In this document: one piece after another, positions 1-15,000 of the stretch
How the letters are laid out: the number at the start of each line of letters is the position of its first letter
Position numbering within the stretch: the stretch's first letter is position 1
Translations under genes and position numbers: made by a program
The notes under the pieces: generated by a model
Told to the model about the DNA's origin: nothing
What the model saw: the letters and a program-made list of their open reading frames with translations, nothing else
Database searches by the model: none
NCBI GenBank assembly: GCA_001643675.2
Contig: LSRY02000046.1
Coordinates: forward strand, 1 to 64,000
Source of the DNA: Monocercomonoides exilis PA203
Lineage: Eukaryota; Protista; Preaxostyla
Direction of reading: 5' to 3'
DNA: 64,000 nt

Positions 1-3000
1 TTAAAAAAGAAAAATAAAAACAAATTGCACCTTTCAAAACCTCGGATCGTCAATTCTGAGCAAAATCGATAGATTTTGCCTGCCAACACAAAAAAATAAA
101 AATTTAAAAAAATTGCATAAAAATAACTTACAAACCGAATTGAATGCGAGTTGCTGCGCAACGTGTAACAATTGGCGACACACACATATCGCTCGCCTCC
201 ACCCCAAATGCTCACCCCTTTTCTGATAAAGAAGGAAAAAATGACTGAAAAAGGGGTCATTCAGATAGACTGAAAAATGAAAATATTTTTTTAAAAAGAA
301 AGAATGACCAGACAACAAAAAGAATGTGTGTTTGGGAGGTGTTATGACAAAAGTTAAAAAAGAAATAAAAACAAATTGCACCTTTCAAAACCTCGGATCG
401 TCAATTCTGAGCAAAATCGATAGATTTTGCCTGCCAACACAAAAAAATAAAAATTTAAAAAAATTGCATAAAAATAACTTACAAACCGAATTGAATGCGA
501 GTTGCTGCGCAACGTGTAACAATTGGCGACACACATATCGCTCGCCTCCACCCCAAATGCTCACCCCTTTTCTGATAAAGAAGGAAAAAATGACTGAAAA
601 AGGGGTCATTCAGATAGACTGAAAAATGAAAATATTTTTTTAAAAAAGAAAGAATGACCAGACAACAAAAAGAATGTGTGTTTGGGAGTGTTATGACAAA
701 AGTTAAAAAAGAAAAATAAAAACAAATTGCACCTTTCAAAACCTCGGATCGTCAATTCTGAGCAAAATCGATAGATTTTGCCTGCCAACACAAAAAATAA
801 AAATTTAAAAAATTGCATAAAAATAACTTACAAACCGAATTGAATGCGAGTTGCTGCGCAACGTGTAACAATTGGCGACACACACATATCGCTCGCCTCC
901 ACCCCAAATGCTCACCCCTTTTCTGATAAAGAAGGAAAAAATGACTGAAAAAGGGGTCATTCAGATAGACTGAAAAAATGAAAATATTTTTAAAAAAGAA
1001 AGAATGACCAGACAACAAAAAGAATGTGTGTTTGGGAGGTGTTATGACAAAAGTTAAAAGAAAAATAAAAACAAATTGCACCTTTCAAAACCTCGGATCG
1101 TCAATTCTGAGCAAAATCGATAGATTTTGCCTGCCAACACAAAAAAATAAAAATTTAAAAAAATTGCATAAAAATAACTTACAAACCGAATTGAATGCGA
1201 GTTGCTGCGCAACGTGTAACAATTGGCGACACACACATATCGCTCGCCTCCACCCCAAATGCTCACCCCTTTTCTGATAAAGAAGGAAAAATGACTGAAA
1301 AGGGGGTCATTCAGATAGACTGAAAAAATGAAAATATTTTTTTAAAAAGAAAGAATGACCAGACAACAAAAAGAATGTGTGTTTGGGAGGTGTTATGACA
1401 AAAGTTAAAAAGAAAAATAAAAACACACTTTCAAAACCTCGGATCGTCAATTCTGAGCAAAATCGATAGATTTTGCCTGCCAACACAAAATAAAAATTTA
1501 AAAAAATTGCATAAAAATAACTTACAAACCGAATTGAATGCGAGTTGCTGCGCAACGTGTAACAATTGGCGACACACACATATCGCTCGCCTCCACCCCA
1601 AATGCTCACCCCTTTTCTGATAAAGAAGGAAAAAATGACTGAAAAAGGGGGTCATTCAGATAGACTGAAAAAATGAAAATATTTTTTTTAAAAAAGAAAG
1701 AATGACCAGACAACAAAAAGAATGTGTGTTTGGGAGGTGTTATGACAAAAGTTAAAAAAGAAAAATAAAAACAAATTGCACCTTTCAAAACCTCGGATCG
1801 TCAATTCTGAGCAAAATCGATAGATTTTGCCTGCCAACACAAAAAATAAAAATTTAAAAAAATTGCATAAAAATAACTTACAAACCGAATTGAATGCGAG
1901 TTGCTGCGCAACGTGTAACAATTGGCGACACACACATATCGCTCGCCTCCACCCCAAATGCTCACCCCTTTTCTGATAAAGAAGGAAAAATGACTGAAAA
2001 AGGGGGTCATTCAGATAGACTGAAAAATGAAAATATTTTTTTAAAAAAGAAAGAATGACCAGACAACAAAAAGAATGTGTGTTTGGGAGGTGTTATGACA
2101 AAAGTTAAAAAGAAAAATAAAAACAAATTGCACCTTTCAAAACCTCGGATCGTCAATTCTGAGCAAAATCGATAGATTTTGCCTGCCAACACAAAAAAAT
2201 AAAATTTAAAAAAATTGCATAAAAATAACTTACAAACCGAATTGAATGCGAGTTGCTGCGCAACGTGTAACAATTGGCGACACACACATATCGCTCGCCT
2301 CCACCCCAAATGCTCACCCCTTTTCTGATAAAGAAGGAAAAATGACTGAAAAGGGGGTCATTCAGATAGACTGAAAAAATGAAAATATTTTTAAAAAAGA
2401 AAGAATGACCAGACAACAAAAAGAATGTGTGTTTGGGAGGTGTTATGACAAAAGTTAAAAAGAAAAATAAAAACAAATTGCACCTTTCAAAACCTCGGAT
2501 CGTCAATTCTGAGCAAAATCGATAGATTTTGCCTGCCAACACAAAAAATAAAAATTTAAAAAAATTGCATAAAAATAACTTACAAACCGAATTGAATGCG
2601 AGTTGCTGCGCAACGTGTAACAATTGGCGACACACACATATCGCTCGCCTCCACCCCAAATGCTCACCCCTTTTCTGATAAAGAAGGAAAAAATGACTGA
2701 AAAAGGGGGTCATTCAGATAGACTGAAAAAATGAAAATATTTTTTTTAAAAAAGAAAGAATGACCAGACAACAAAAAGAATGTGTGTTTGGGAGGTGTTA
2801 TGACAAAAGTTAAAAAAGAAAAATAAAAACAAATTGCACCTTTCAAAACCTCGGATCGTCAATTCTGAGCAAAATCGATAGATTTTGCCTGCCAACAAAA
2901 AAATAAAAATTTAAAAAAATTGCATAAAAATAACTTACAAACCGAATTGAATGCGAGTTGCTGCGCAACGTGTAACAATTGGCGACACACACATATCGCT

Positions 3001-6000
3001 CGCCTCCACCCCAAATGCTCACCCCTTTTCTGATAAAGAAGGAAAAATGACTGAAAAGGGGGTCATTCAGATAGACTGAAAAAATGAAAATATTTTTTAA
3101 AAAGAAAGAATGACCAGACAACAAAAAGAATGTGTGTTTGGGAGGTGTTATGACAAAAGTTAAAAAAGAAAAATAAAAACAAATTGCACCTTTCAAAACC
3201 TCGGATCGTCAATTCTGAGCAAAATCGATAGATTTTGCCTGCCAACACAAAAAATAAAAATTTAAAAAATTGCATAAAAATAACTTACAAACCGAATTGA
3301 ATGCGAGTTGCTGCGCAACGTGTAACAATTGGCGACACACACATATCGCTCGCCTCCACCCCAAATGCTCACCCCTTTTCTGATAAAGAAGGAAAAAATG
3401 ACTGAAAAAGGGGGTCATTCAGATAGACTGAAAAAATGAAAATATTTTTTTAAAAAAGAAAGAATGACCAGACAACAAAAAGAATGTGTGTTTGGGAGGT
3501 GTTATGACAAAAGTTAAAAAAGAAAAATAAAAACAAATTGCACCTTTCAAAACCTCGGATCGTCAATTCTGAGCAAAATCGATAGATTTTGCCTGCCAAC
3601 ACAAAAATAAAAATTTAAAAAAATTGCATAAAAATAACTTACAAACCGAATTGAATGCGAGTTGCTGCGCAACGTGTAACAATTGGCGACACACACATAT
3701 CGCTCGCCTCCACCCCAAATGCTCACCCCTTTTCTGATAAAGAAGGAAAAAATGACTGAAAAAGGGGGTCATTCAGATAGACTGAAAAATGAAAATATTT
3801 TTTTAAAAAAGAAAGAATGACCAGACAACAAAAAGAATGTGTGTTTGGGAGGTGTTATGACAAAAGTTAAAAAAGAAAAATAAAAACAAATTGCACCTTT
3901 CAAAACCTCGGATCGTCAATTCTGAGCAAAATCGATAGATTTTGCCTGCCAACAAAAAAATAAAAATTTAAAAAATTGCATAAAAATAACTTACAAACCG
4001 AATTGAATGCGAGTTGCTGCGCAACGTGTAACAATTGGCGACACACACATATCGCTCGCCTCCACCCCAAATGCTCACCCCTTTCAATTAAAGAAGGAAA
4101 AAATGACTGAAAAAGGGGGTCATTCAGATAGACTGAAAAATGAAAATATTTTTTTAAAAAAGAATGACCAGACAACAAAAAGAATGTGTGTTTGGGAGGT
4201 GTTATGACAAAAGTTAAAAAAGAAAAATAAAAACAAATTGCACCTTTCAAAACCTCGGATCGTCAATTCTGAGCAAAATCGATAGATTTTGCCTGCCAAC
4301 ACAAAAAAATAAAAATTTAAAAAAATTGCATAAAAATAACTTACAAACCGAATTGAATGCGAGTTGCTGCGCAACGTGTAACAATTGGCGACACACACAT
4401 ATCGCTCGCCTCCACCCCAAATGCTCACCCCTTTTCTGATAAAGAAGGAAAAAATGACTGAAAAGGGGGTCATTCAGATAGACTGAAAAAATGAAAATAT
4501 TTTTTTAAAAAAGAAAGAATGACCAGACAACAAAAAGAATGTGTGTTTGGGAGGTGTTATGACAAAAGTTAAAAAAAAAAAATAAAAACAAATTGCACCT
4601 TTCAAAACCTCGGATCGTCAATTCTGAGCAAAATCGATAGATTTTGCCTGCCAACACAAAAAAATAAAAATTTAAAAAAATTGCATAAAAATAACTTACA
4701 AACCGAATTGAATGCGAGTTGCTGCGCAACGTGTAACAATTGGCGACACACACATATCGCTCGCCTCCACCCCAAATGCTCACCCCTTTTCTGATAAAGA
4801 AGGAAAAAATGACTGAAAAAGGGGTCATTCAGATAGACTGAAAAAATGAAAATATTTTTAAAAAAGAAAGAATGACCAGACAACAAAAAGAATGTGTGTT
4901 TGGGAGGTGTTATGACAAAAGTTAAAAAAGAAAAATAAAAACAAATTGCACCTTTCAAAACCTCGGATCGTCAATTCTGAGCAAAATCGATAGATTTTGC
5001 CTGCCAACACAAAAAAATAAAAATTTAAAAAATTGCATAAAAATAACTTACAAACCGAATTGAATGCGAGTTGCTGCGCAACGTGTAACAATTGGCGACA
5101 CACACATATCGCTCGCCTCCACCCCAAATGCTCACCCCTTTTCTGATAAAGAAGGAAAAAATGACTGAAAAAGGGGTCATTCAGATAGACTGAAAAAATG
5201 AAAATATTTTTTTAAAAAAGAAAGAATGACCAGACAACAAAAAGAATGTGTGTTTGGGAGGTGTTATGACAAAAGTTAAAAAAGAAAAATAAAAACAAAT
5301 TGCACCTTTCAAAACCTCGGATCGTCAATTCTGAGCAAAATCGATAGATTTTGCCTGCCAACACAAAAAATAAAAATTTAAAAAAATTGCATAAAAATAA
5401 CTTACAAACCGAATTGAATGCGAGTTGCTGCGCAACGTGTAACAATTGGCGACACACACATATCGCTCGCCTCCACCCCAAATGCTCACCCCTTTTCTGA
5501 TAAAGAAGGAAAAAATGACTGAAAAAGGGGGTCATTCAGATAGACTGAAAAAATGAAAATATTTTTTTTAAAAAAGAAAGAATGACCAGACAACAAAAAG
5601 AATGTGTGTTTGGGAGGTGTTATGACAAAAGTTAAAAAAGAAAAATAAAAACAAATTGCACCTTTCAAAACCTCGGATCGTCAATTCTGAGCAAAATCGA
5701 TAGATTTTGCCTGCCAACACAAAAAAATAAAAATTTAAAAAAATTGCATAAAAATAACTTACAAACCGAATTGAATGCGAGTTGCTGCGCAACGTGTAAC
5801 AATTGGCGACACACACATATCGCTCGCCTCCACCCCAAATGCTCACCCCTTTTCTGATAAAGAAGGAAAAAATGACTGAAAAAGGGGTCATTCAGATAGA
5901 CTGAAAAAATGAAAATATTTTTTTAAAAGAAAGAATGACCAGACAACAAAAAGAATGTGTGTTTGGGAGGTGTTATGACAAAAGTTAAAAAAGAAAAATA

Positions 6001-9000
6001 AAAACAAATTGCACCTTTCAAAACCTCGGATCGTCAATTCTGAGCAAAATCGATAGATTTTGCCTGCCAACACAAAAAAATAAAAATTTAAAAAAATTGC
6101 ATAAAAATAACTTACAAACCGAATTGAATGCGAGTTGCTGCGCAACGTGTAACAATTGGCGACACACACATATCGCTCGCCTCCACCCCAAATGCTCACC
6201 CCTTTTCTGATAAAGAAGGAAAAAATGACTGAAAAAGGGGGTCATTCAGATAGACTGAAAAATGAAAATATTTTTTTAAAAGAAAGAATGACCAGACAAC
6301 AAAAAGAATGTGTGTTTGGGAGGTGTTATGACAAAAGTTAAAAAAGAAAAATAAAAACAAATTGCACCTTTCAAAACCTCGGATCGTCAATTCTGAGCAA
6401 AATCGATAGATTTTGCCTGCCAACACAAAAAAATAAAAATTTAAAAAATTGCATAAAAATAACTTACAAACCGAATTGAATGCGAGTTGCTGCGCAACGT
6501 GTAACAATTGGCGACACACACATATCGCTCGCCTCCACCCCAAATGCTCACCCCTTTTCTGATAAAGAAGGAAAAAATGACTGAAAAAGGGGGTCATTCA
6601 GATAGACTGAAAAAATGAAAATATTTTTTTTAAAAAAGAAAGAATGACCAGACAACAAAAAGAATGTGTGTTTGGGAGGTGTTATGACAAAAGTTAAAAA
6701 AGAAAAATAAAAACAAATTGCACCTTTCAAAACCTCGGATCGTCAATTCTGAGCAAAATCGATAGATTTTGCCTGCCAACACAAAAAATAAAAATTTAAA
6801 AAATTGCATAAAAATAACTTACAAACCGAATTGAATGCGAGTTGCTGCGCAACGTGTAACAATTGGCGACACACACATATCGCTCGCCTCCACCCCAAAT
6901 GCTCACCCCTTTTCTGATAAAGAAGGAAAAATGACTGAAAAGGGGTCATTCAGATAGACTGAAAAAATGAAAATATTTTTTTAAAAAGAAAGAATGACCA
7001 GACAACAAAAAGAATGTGTGTTTGGGAGGTGTTATGACAAAAGTTAAAAAGAAAAATAAAAACAAATTGCACCTTTCAAAACCTCGGATCGTCAATTCTG
7101 AGCAAAATCGATAGATTTTGCCTGCCAACACAAAAAAATAAAAATTTAAAAAAATTGCATAAAAATAACTTACAAACCGAATTGAATGCGAGTTGCTGCG
7201 CAACGTGTAACAATTAGCGACACACATATCGCTCGCCTCCACCCCAAATGCTCACCCCTTTTCTGATAAAGAAGGAAAAATGACTGAAAAGGGGGTCATT
7301 CAGATAGACTGAAAAAATGAAAATATTTTTTTAAAAAGAAAGAATGACCAGACAACAAAAAGAATGTGTGTTTGGGAGGTGTTATGACAAAAGTTAAAAA
7401 AGAAAAATAAAAACAAATTGCACCTTTCAAAACCTCGGATCGTCAATTCTGAGCAAAATCGATAGATTTTGCCTGCCAACAAAAAAATAAAAATTTAAAA
7501 AAATTGCATAAAAATAACTTACAAACCGAATTGAATGCGAGTTGCTGCGCAACGTGTAACAATTGGCGACACACACATATCGCTCGCCTCCACCCCAAAT
7601 GCTCACCCCTTTTCTGATAAAGAAGGAAAAAATGACTGAAAAAGGGGGTCATTCAGATAGACTGAAAAATGAAAATATTTTTTTAAAAAGAAAGAATGAC
7701 CAGACAACAAAAAGAATGTGTGTTTGGGAGGTGTTATGACAAAAGTTAAAAAAGAAAAATAAAAACAAATTGCACCTTTCAAAACCTCGGATCGTCAATT
7801 CTGAGCAAAATCGATAGATTTTGCCTGCCAAAAAAATAAAAATTTAAAAAAATTGCATAAAAATAACTTACAAACCGAATTGAATGCGAGTTGCTGCGCA
7901 ACGTGTAACAATTGGCGACACACACATATCGCTCGCCTCCACCCCAAATGCTCACCCCTTTTCTGATAAAGAAGGAAAAATGACTGAAAAAGGGGTCATT
8001 CAGATAGACTGAAAAAATGAAAATATTTTTTTAAAAAGAAAGAATGACCAGACAACAAAAAGAATGTGTGTTTGGGAGGTGTTATGACAAAAGTTAAAAA
8101 AGAAAAATAAAAACAAATTGCACCTTTCAAAACCTCGGATCGTCAATTCTGAGCAAAATCGATAGATTTTGCCTGCCAACTAAAAAAATAAAAATTTAAA
8201 AAAATTGCATAAAAATAACTTACAAACCGAATTGAATGCGAGTTGCTGCGCAACGTGTAACAATTGGCGACACACACATATCGCTCGCCTCCACCCCAAA
8301 TGCTCACCCCTTTTCTGATAAAGAAGGAAAAAATGACTGAAAAAGGGGTCATTCAGATAGACTGAAAAAATGAAAATATTTTTTTAAAAAGAAAGAATGA
8401 CCAGACAACAAAAAGAATGTGTGTTTGGGAGGTGTTATGACAAAAGTTAAAAAAGAAAAATAAAAACAAATTGCACCTTTCAAAACCTCGGATCGTCAAT
8501 TCTGAGCAAAATCGATAGATTTTGCCTGCCAACACAAAAAAATAAAAATTTAAAAAAATTGCATAAAAATAACTTACAAACCGAATTGAATGCGAGTTGC
8601 TGCGCAACGTGTAACAATTGGCGACACACATATCGCTCGCCTCCACCCCAAATGCTCACCCCTTTTCTGATAAAGAAGGAAAAAATGACTGAAAAAGGGG
8701 GTCATTCAGATAGACTGAAAAAATGAAAATATTTTTTTAAAAAAGAAAGAATGACCAGACAACAAAAAGAATGTGTGTTTGGGAGGTGTTATGACAAAAG
8801 TTAAAAAGAAAAATAAAAACAAATTGCACCTTTCAAAACCTCGGATCGTCAATTCTGAGCAAAATCGATAGATTTTGCCTGCCAACACAAAAAAATAAAA
8901 ATTTAAAAAAATTGCATAAAAATAACTTACAAACCGAATTGAATGCGAGTTGCTGCGCAACGTGTAACAATTGGCGACACACATATCGCTCGCCTCCACC

Positions 9001-12000
9001 CCAAATGCTCACCCCTTTTCTGATAAAGAAGGAAAAATGACTGAAAAGGGGGTCATTCAGATAGACTGAAAAAATGAAAATATTTTTTTAAAAAAGAAAG
9101 AATGACCAGACAACAAAAAGAATGTGTGTTTGGGAGGTGTTATGACAAAAGTTAAAAAAGAAAAATAAAAACAAATTGCACCTTTCAAAACCTCGGATCG
9201 TCAGATTCTGGAGCAAAATCGATAGATTTTGCCTGCCAACACAAAAAATAAAAATTTAAAAAAATTGCATAAAAATAACTTACAAACCGAATTGAATGCG
9301 AGTTGCTGCGCAACGTGTAACAATTGGCGACACACACATATCGCTCGCCTCCACCCCAAATGCTCACCCCTTTTCTGATAAAGAAGGAAAAAATGACTGA
9401 AAAAGGGGGTCATTCAGATAGACTGAAAAAATGAAAATATTTTTTTAAAAAGAAAGAATGACCAGACAACAAAAAGAATGTGTGTTTGGGAGGTGTTATG
9501 ACAAAAGTTAAAAAAGAAAAATAAAAACAAATTGCACCTTTCAAAACCTCGGATCACATTCTGAGCAAAATCGATAGATTTTGCCTGCCAACACAAAAAA
9601 ATAAAAATTTAAAAAATTGCATAAAAATAACTTACAAACCGAATTGAATGCGAGTTGCTGCGCAACGTGTAACAATTGGCGACACACACATATCGCTCGC
9701 CTCCACCCCAAATGCTCACCCCTTTTCTGATAAAGAAGGAAAAATGACTGAAAAGGGGGTCATTCAGATAGACTGAAAAAATGAAAATATTTTTTTAAAA
9801 AGAAAGAATGACCAGACAACAAAAAGAATGTGTGTTTGGGAGGTGTTATGACAAAAGTTAAAAAAGAAAAATAAAAACAAATTGCACCTTTCAAAACCTC
9901 GGATCGTTGATTCTGAGCAAAATCGATAGATTTTGCCTGCCAACACAAAAATAAAAATTTAAAAAAATTGCATAAAAATAACTTACAAACCGAATTGAAT
10001 GCGAGTTGCTGCGCAACGTGTAACAACTGGCGACACACACATATCGCTCGCCTCCACCCCAAATGCTCACCCCTTTTCTGATAAAGAAGGAAAAATGACT
10101 GAAAAGGGGGTCATTCAGATAGACTGAAAAAATGAAAATATTTTTTTAAAAAAGAAAGAATGACCAGACAACAAAAAGAATGTGTGTTTGGGAGGTGTTA
10201 TGACAAAAGTTAAAAAGAAAAATAAAAACAAATTGCACCTTTCAAAACCTCGGATCGTCAATTCTGAGCAAAATCGATAGATTTTGCCTGCCAACACAAA
10301 AATAAAAATTTAAAAAATTGCATAAAAATAACTTACAAACCGAATTGAATGCGAGTTGCTGCGCAACGTGTAACAATTGGCGACACACACATATCGCTCG
10401 CCTCCACCCCAAATGCTCACCCCTTTTCTGATAAAGAAGGAAAAATGACTGAAAAAGGGGTCATTCAGATAGACTGAAAAATGAAAATATTTTTAAAAAG
10501 AAAGAATGACCAGACAACAAAAAGAATGTGTGTTTGGGAGGTGTTATGACAAAAGTTAAAAAAGAAAAATAAAAACAAATTGCACCTTTCAAAACCTCGG
10601 ATCGTCAATTCTGAGCAAAATCGATAGATTTTGCCTGCCAACACAAAAAAATAAAAATTTAAAAAAATTGCATAAAAATAACTTACAAACCGAATTGAAT
10701 GCGAGTTGCTGCGCAACGTGTAACAATTGGCGACACACACATATCGCTCGCCTCCACCCCAAATGCTCACCCCTTTTCTGATAAAGAAGGAAAAATGACT
10801 GAAAAAGGGGGTCATTCAGATAGACTGAAAAAATGAAAATATTTTTTTAAAAGAAAGAATGACCAGACAACAAAAAGAATGTGTGTTTGGGAGGTGTTAT
10901 GACAAAAGTTAAAAAAGAAAAATAAAAACAAATTGCACCTTTCAAAACCTCGGATCGTCAATTCTGAGCAAAATCGATAGATTTTGCCTGCCAACAAAAA
11001 AATAAAAATTTAAAAAAATTGCATAAAAATAACTTACAAACCGAATTGAATGCGAGTTGCTGCGCAACGTGTAACAATTGGCGACACACACATATCGCTC
11101 GCCTCCACCCCAAATGCTCACCCCTTTTCTGATAAAGAAGGAAAAATGACTGAAAAAGGGGTCATTCAGATAGACTGAAAAAATGAAAATATTTTTTTAA
11201 AAAAGAAAGAATGACCAGACAACAAAAAGAATGTGTGTTTGGGAGGTGTTATGACAAAAGTTAAAAAAGAAAAATAAAAACAAATTGCACCTTTCAAAAC
11301 CTCGGATCGTCAATTCTGAGCAAAATCGATAGATTTTGCCTGCCAACAAAAAAAAATAAAAATTTAAAAAAATTGCATAAAAATAACTTACAAACCGAAT
11401 TGAATGCGAGTTGCTGCGCAACGTGTAACAATTGGCGACACACACATATCGCTCGCCTCCACCCCAAATGCTCACCCCTTTTCTCTGACAAAGGAAAAAA
11501 TGACTGAAAAAGGGGGTCATTCAGATAGACTGAAAAAATGAAAATATTTTTTTAAAAAAGAAAGAATGACCAGACAACAAAAAGAATGTGTGTTTGGGAG
11601 GTGTTATGACAAAAGTTAAAAAAGAAAAATAAAAACAAATTGCACCTTTCAAAACCTCGGATCGTCAATTCTGAGCAAAATCGATAGATTTTGCCTGCCA
11701 ACACAAAAAATAAAAATTTAAAAAAATTGCATAAAAATAACTTACAAACCGAATTGAATGCGAGTTGCTGCGCAACGTGTAACAATTGGCGACACACACA
11801 TATCGCTCGCCTCCACCCCAAATGCTCACCCCTTTTCTGATAAAGAAGGAAAAAATGACTGAAAAAGGGGTCATTCAGATAGACTGAAAAAATGAAAATA
11901 TTTTTTTAAAAAGAAAGAATGACCAGACAACAAAAAGAATGTGTGTTTGGGAGGTGTTATGACAAAAGTTAAAAAAGAAAATAAAAACAAATTGCACCTT

Positions 12001-15000
12001 TCAAAACCTCGGATCGTCAATTCTGAGCAAAATCGATAGATTTTGCCTGCCAACAAAAAAATAAAAATTTAAAAAATTGCATAAAAATAACTTACAAACC
12101 GAATTGAATGCGAGTTGCTGCGCAACGTGTAACAATTGGCGACACACACATATCGCTCGCCTCCACCCCAAATGCTCACCCCTTTTCTGATAAAGAAGGA
12201 AAAATGACTGAAAAAGGGGGTCATTCAGATAGACTGAAAAAATGAAAATATTTTTTTAAAAAGAAAGAATGACCAGACAACAAAAAGAATGTGTGTTTGG
12301 GAGGTGTTATGACAAAAGTTAAAAAAGAAAAATAAAAACAAATTGCACCTTTCAAAACCTCGGATCGTCAATTCTGAGCAAAATCGATAGATTTTGCCTG
12401 CCAACACAAAAAATAAAAATTTAAAAAAATTGCATAAAAATAACTTACAAACCGAATTGAATGCGAGTTGCTGCGCAACGTGTAACAATTGGCGACACAC
12501 ACATATCGCTCGCCTCCACCCCAAATGCTCACCCCTTTTCTGATAAAGAAGGAAAAATGACTGAAAAAGGGGGTCATTCAGATAGACTGAAAAAATGAAA
12601 ATATTTTTAAAAAGAAAGAATGACCAGACAACAAAAGAATGTGTGTTTGGGAGGTGTTATGACAAAAGTTAAAAAAGAAAAATAAAAACAAATTGCACCT
12701 TTCAAAACCTCGGATCGTCAATTCTGAGCAAAATCGATAGATTTTGCCTGCCAACACAAAAAATAAAAATTTAAAAAAATTGCATAAAAATAACTTACAA
12801 ACCGAATTGAATGCGAGTTGCTGCGCAACGTGTAACAATTGGCGACACACACATATCGCTCGCCTCCACCCCAAATGCTCACCCCTTTTCTGATAAAGAA
12901 GGAAAAAATGACTGAAAAGGGGGTCATTCAGATAGACTGAAAAAATGAAAATATTTTTTTAAAAAAGAAAGAATGACCAGACAACAAAAAGAATGTGTGT
13001 TTGGGAGGTGTTATGACAAAAGTTAAAAAGAAAAATAAAAACAAATTGCACCTTTCAAAACCTCGGATCGTCAATTCTGAGCAAAATCGATAGATTTTGC
13101 CTGCCAACACAAAAAAATAAAAATTTAAAAAAATTGCATAAAAATAACTTACAAACCGAATTGAATGCGAGTTGCTGCGCAACGTGTAACAATTGGCGAC
13201 ACACACATATCGCTCGCCTCCACCCCAAATGCTCACCCCTTTTCTGATAAAGAAGGAAAAATGACTGAAAAAGGGGTCATTCAGATAGACTGAAAAAATG
13301 AAAATATTTTTAAAAAAGAAAGAATGACCAGACAACAAAAAGAATGTGTGTTTGGGAGGTGTTATGACAAAAGTTAAAAGAAAAATAAAAACAAATTGCA
13401 CCTTTCAAAACCTCGGATCGTCAATTCTGAGCAAAATCGATAGATTTTGCCTGCCAACACAAAAAATAAAAATTTAAAAAAATTGCATAAAAATAACTTA
13501 CAAACCGAATTGAATGCGAGTTGCTGCGCAACGTGTAACAATTGGCGACACACACATATCGCTCGCCTCCACCCCAAATGCTCACCTTTTCTGATAAAGA
13601 AGGAAAAATGACTGAAAAAGGGGTCATTCAGATAGACTGAAAAAATGAAAATATTTTTTTAAAAAAGAAAGAATGACCAGACAACAAAAAGAATGTGTGT
13701 TTGGGAGGTGTTATGACAAAGCAAAAAGAAAAATAAAAACAAATTGCACCTTTCAAAACCTCGGATCGTCAATTCTGAGCAAAATCGATAGATTTTGCCT
13801 GCCAACAAAAAATAAAAATTTAAAAAAATTGCATAAAAATAACTTACAAACCGAATTGAATGCGAGTTGCTGCGCAACGTGTAACAATTGGCGACACACA
13901 TATCGCTCGCCTCCACCCCAAATGCTCACCCCTTTTCTGATAAAGAAGGAAAAATGACTGAAAAAGGGGGTCATTCAGATAGACTGAAAAAATGAAAATA
14001 TTTTTTTAAAAAAGAAAGAATGACCAGACAACAAAAAGAATGTGTGTTTGGGAGGTGTTATGACAAAAGTTAAAAAGAAAAATAAAAACAAATTGCACCT
14101 TTCAAAACCTCGGATCGTCAATTCTGAGCAAAATCGATAGATTTTGCCTGCCAACAAAAAAATAAAAATTTAAAAAAATTGCATAAAAATAACTTACAAA
14201 CCGAATTGAATGCGAGTTGCTGCGCAACGTGTAACAATTGGCGACACACACATATCGCTCGCCTCCACCCCAAATGCTCACCCCTTTTCTGATAAAGAAG
14301 GAAAAATGACTGAAAAAGGGGTCATTCAGATAGACTGAAAAATGAAAATATTTTTAAAAAGAAAGAATGACCAGACAACAAAAAGAATGTGTGTTTGGGA
14401 GGTGTTATGACAAAAGTTAAAAAAGAAAAATAAAAACAAATTGCACCTTTCAAAACCTCGGATCGTCAATTCTGAGCAAAATCGATAGATTTTGCCTGCC
14501 AACACAAAAAATAAAAATTTAAAAAAATTGCATAAAAATAACTTACAAACCGAATTGAATGCGAGTTGCTGCGCAACGTGTAACAATTGGCGACACACAC
14601 ATATCGCTCGCCTCCACCCCAAATGCTCACCCCTTTTCTGATAAAGAAGGAAAAATGACTGAAAAAGGGGTCATTCAGATAGACTGAAAAAATGAAAATA
14701 TTTTTTTAAAAAGAAAGAATGACCAGACAACAAAAAGAATGTGTGTTTGGGAGGTGTTATGACAAAAGTTAAAAAAGAAAAATAAAAACAAATTGCACCT
14801 TTCAAAACCTCGGATCGTCAATTCTGAGCAAAATCGATAGATTTTGCCTGCCAACACAAAAAAATAAAAATTTAAAAAATTGCATAAAAATAACTTACAA
14901 ACCGAATTGAATGCGAGTTGCTGCGCAACGTGTAACAATTGGCGACACACACATATCGCTCGCCTCCACCCCAAATGCTCACCCCTTTTCTGATAAAGAA

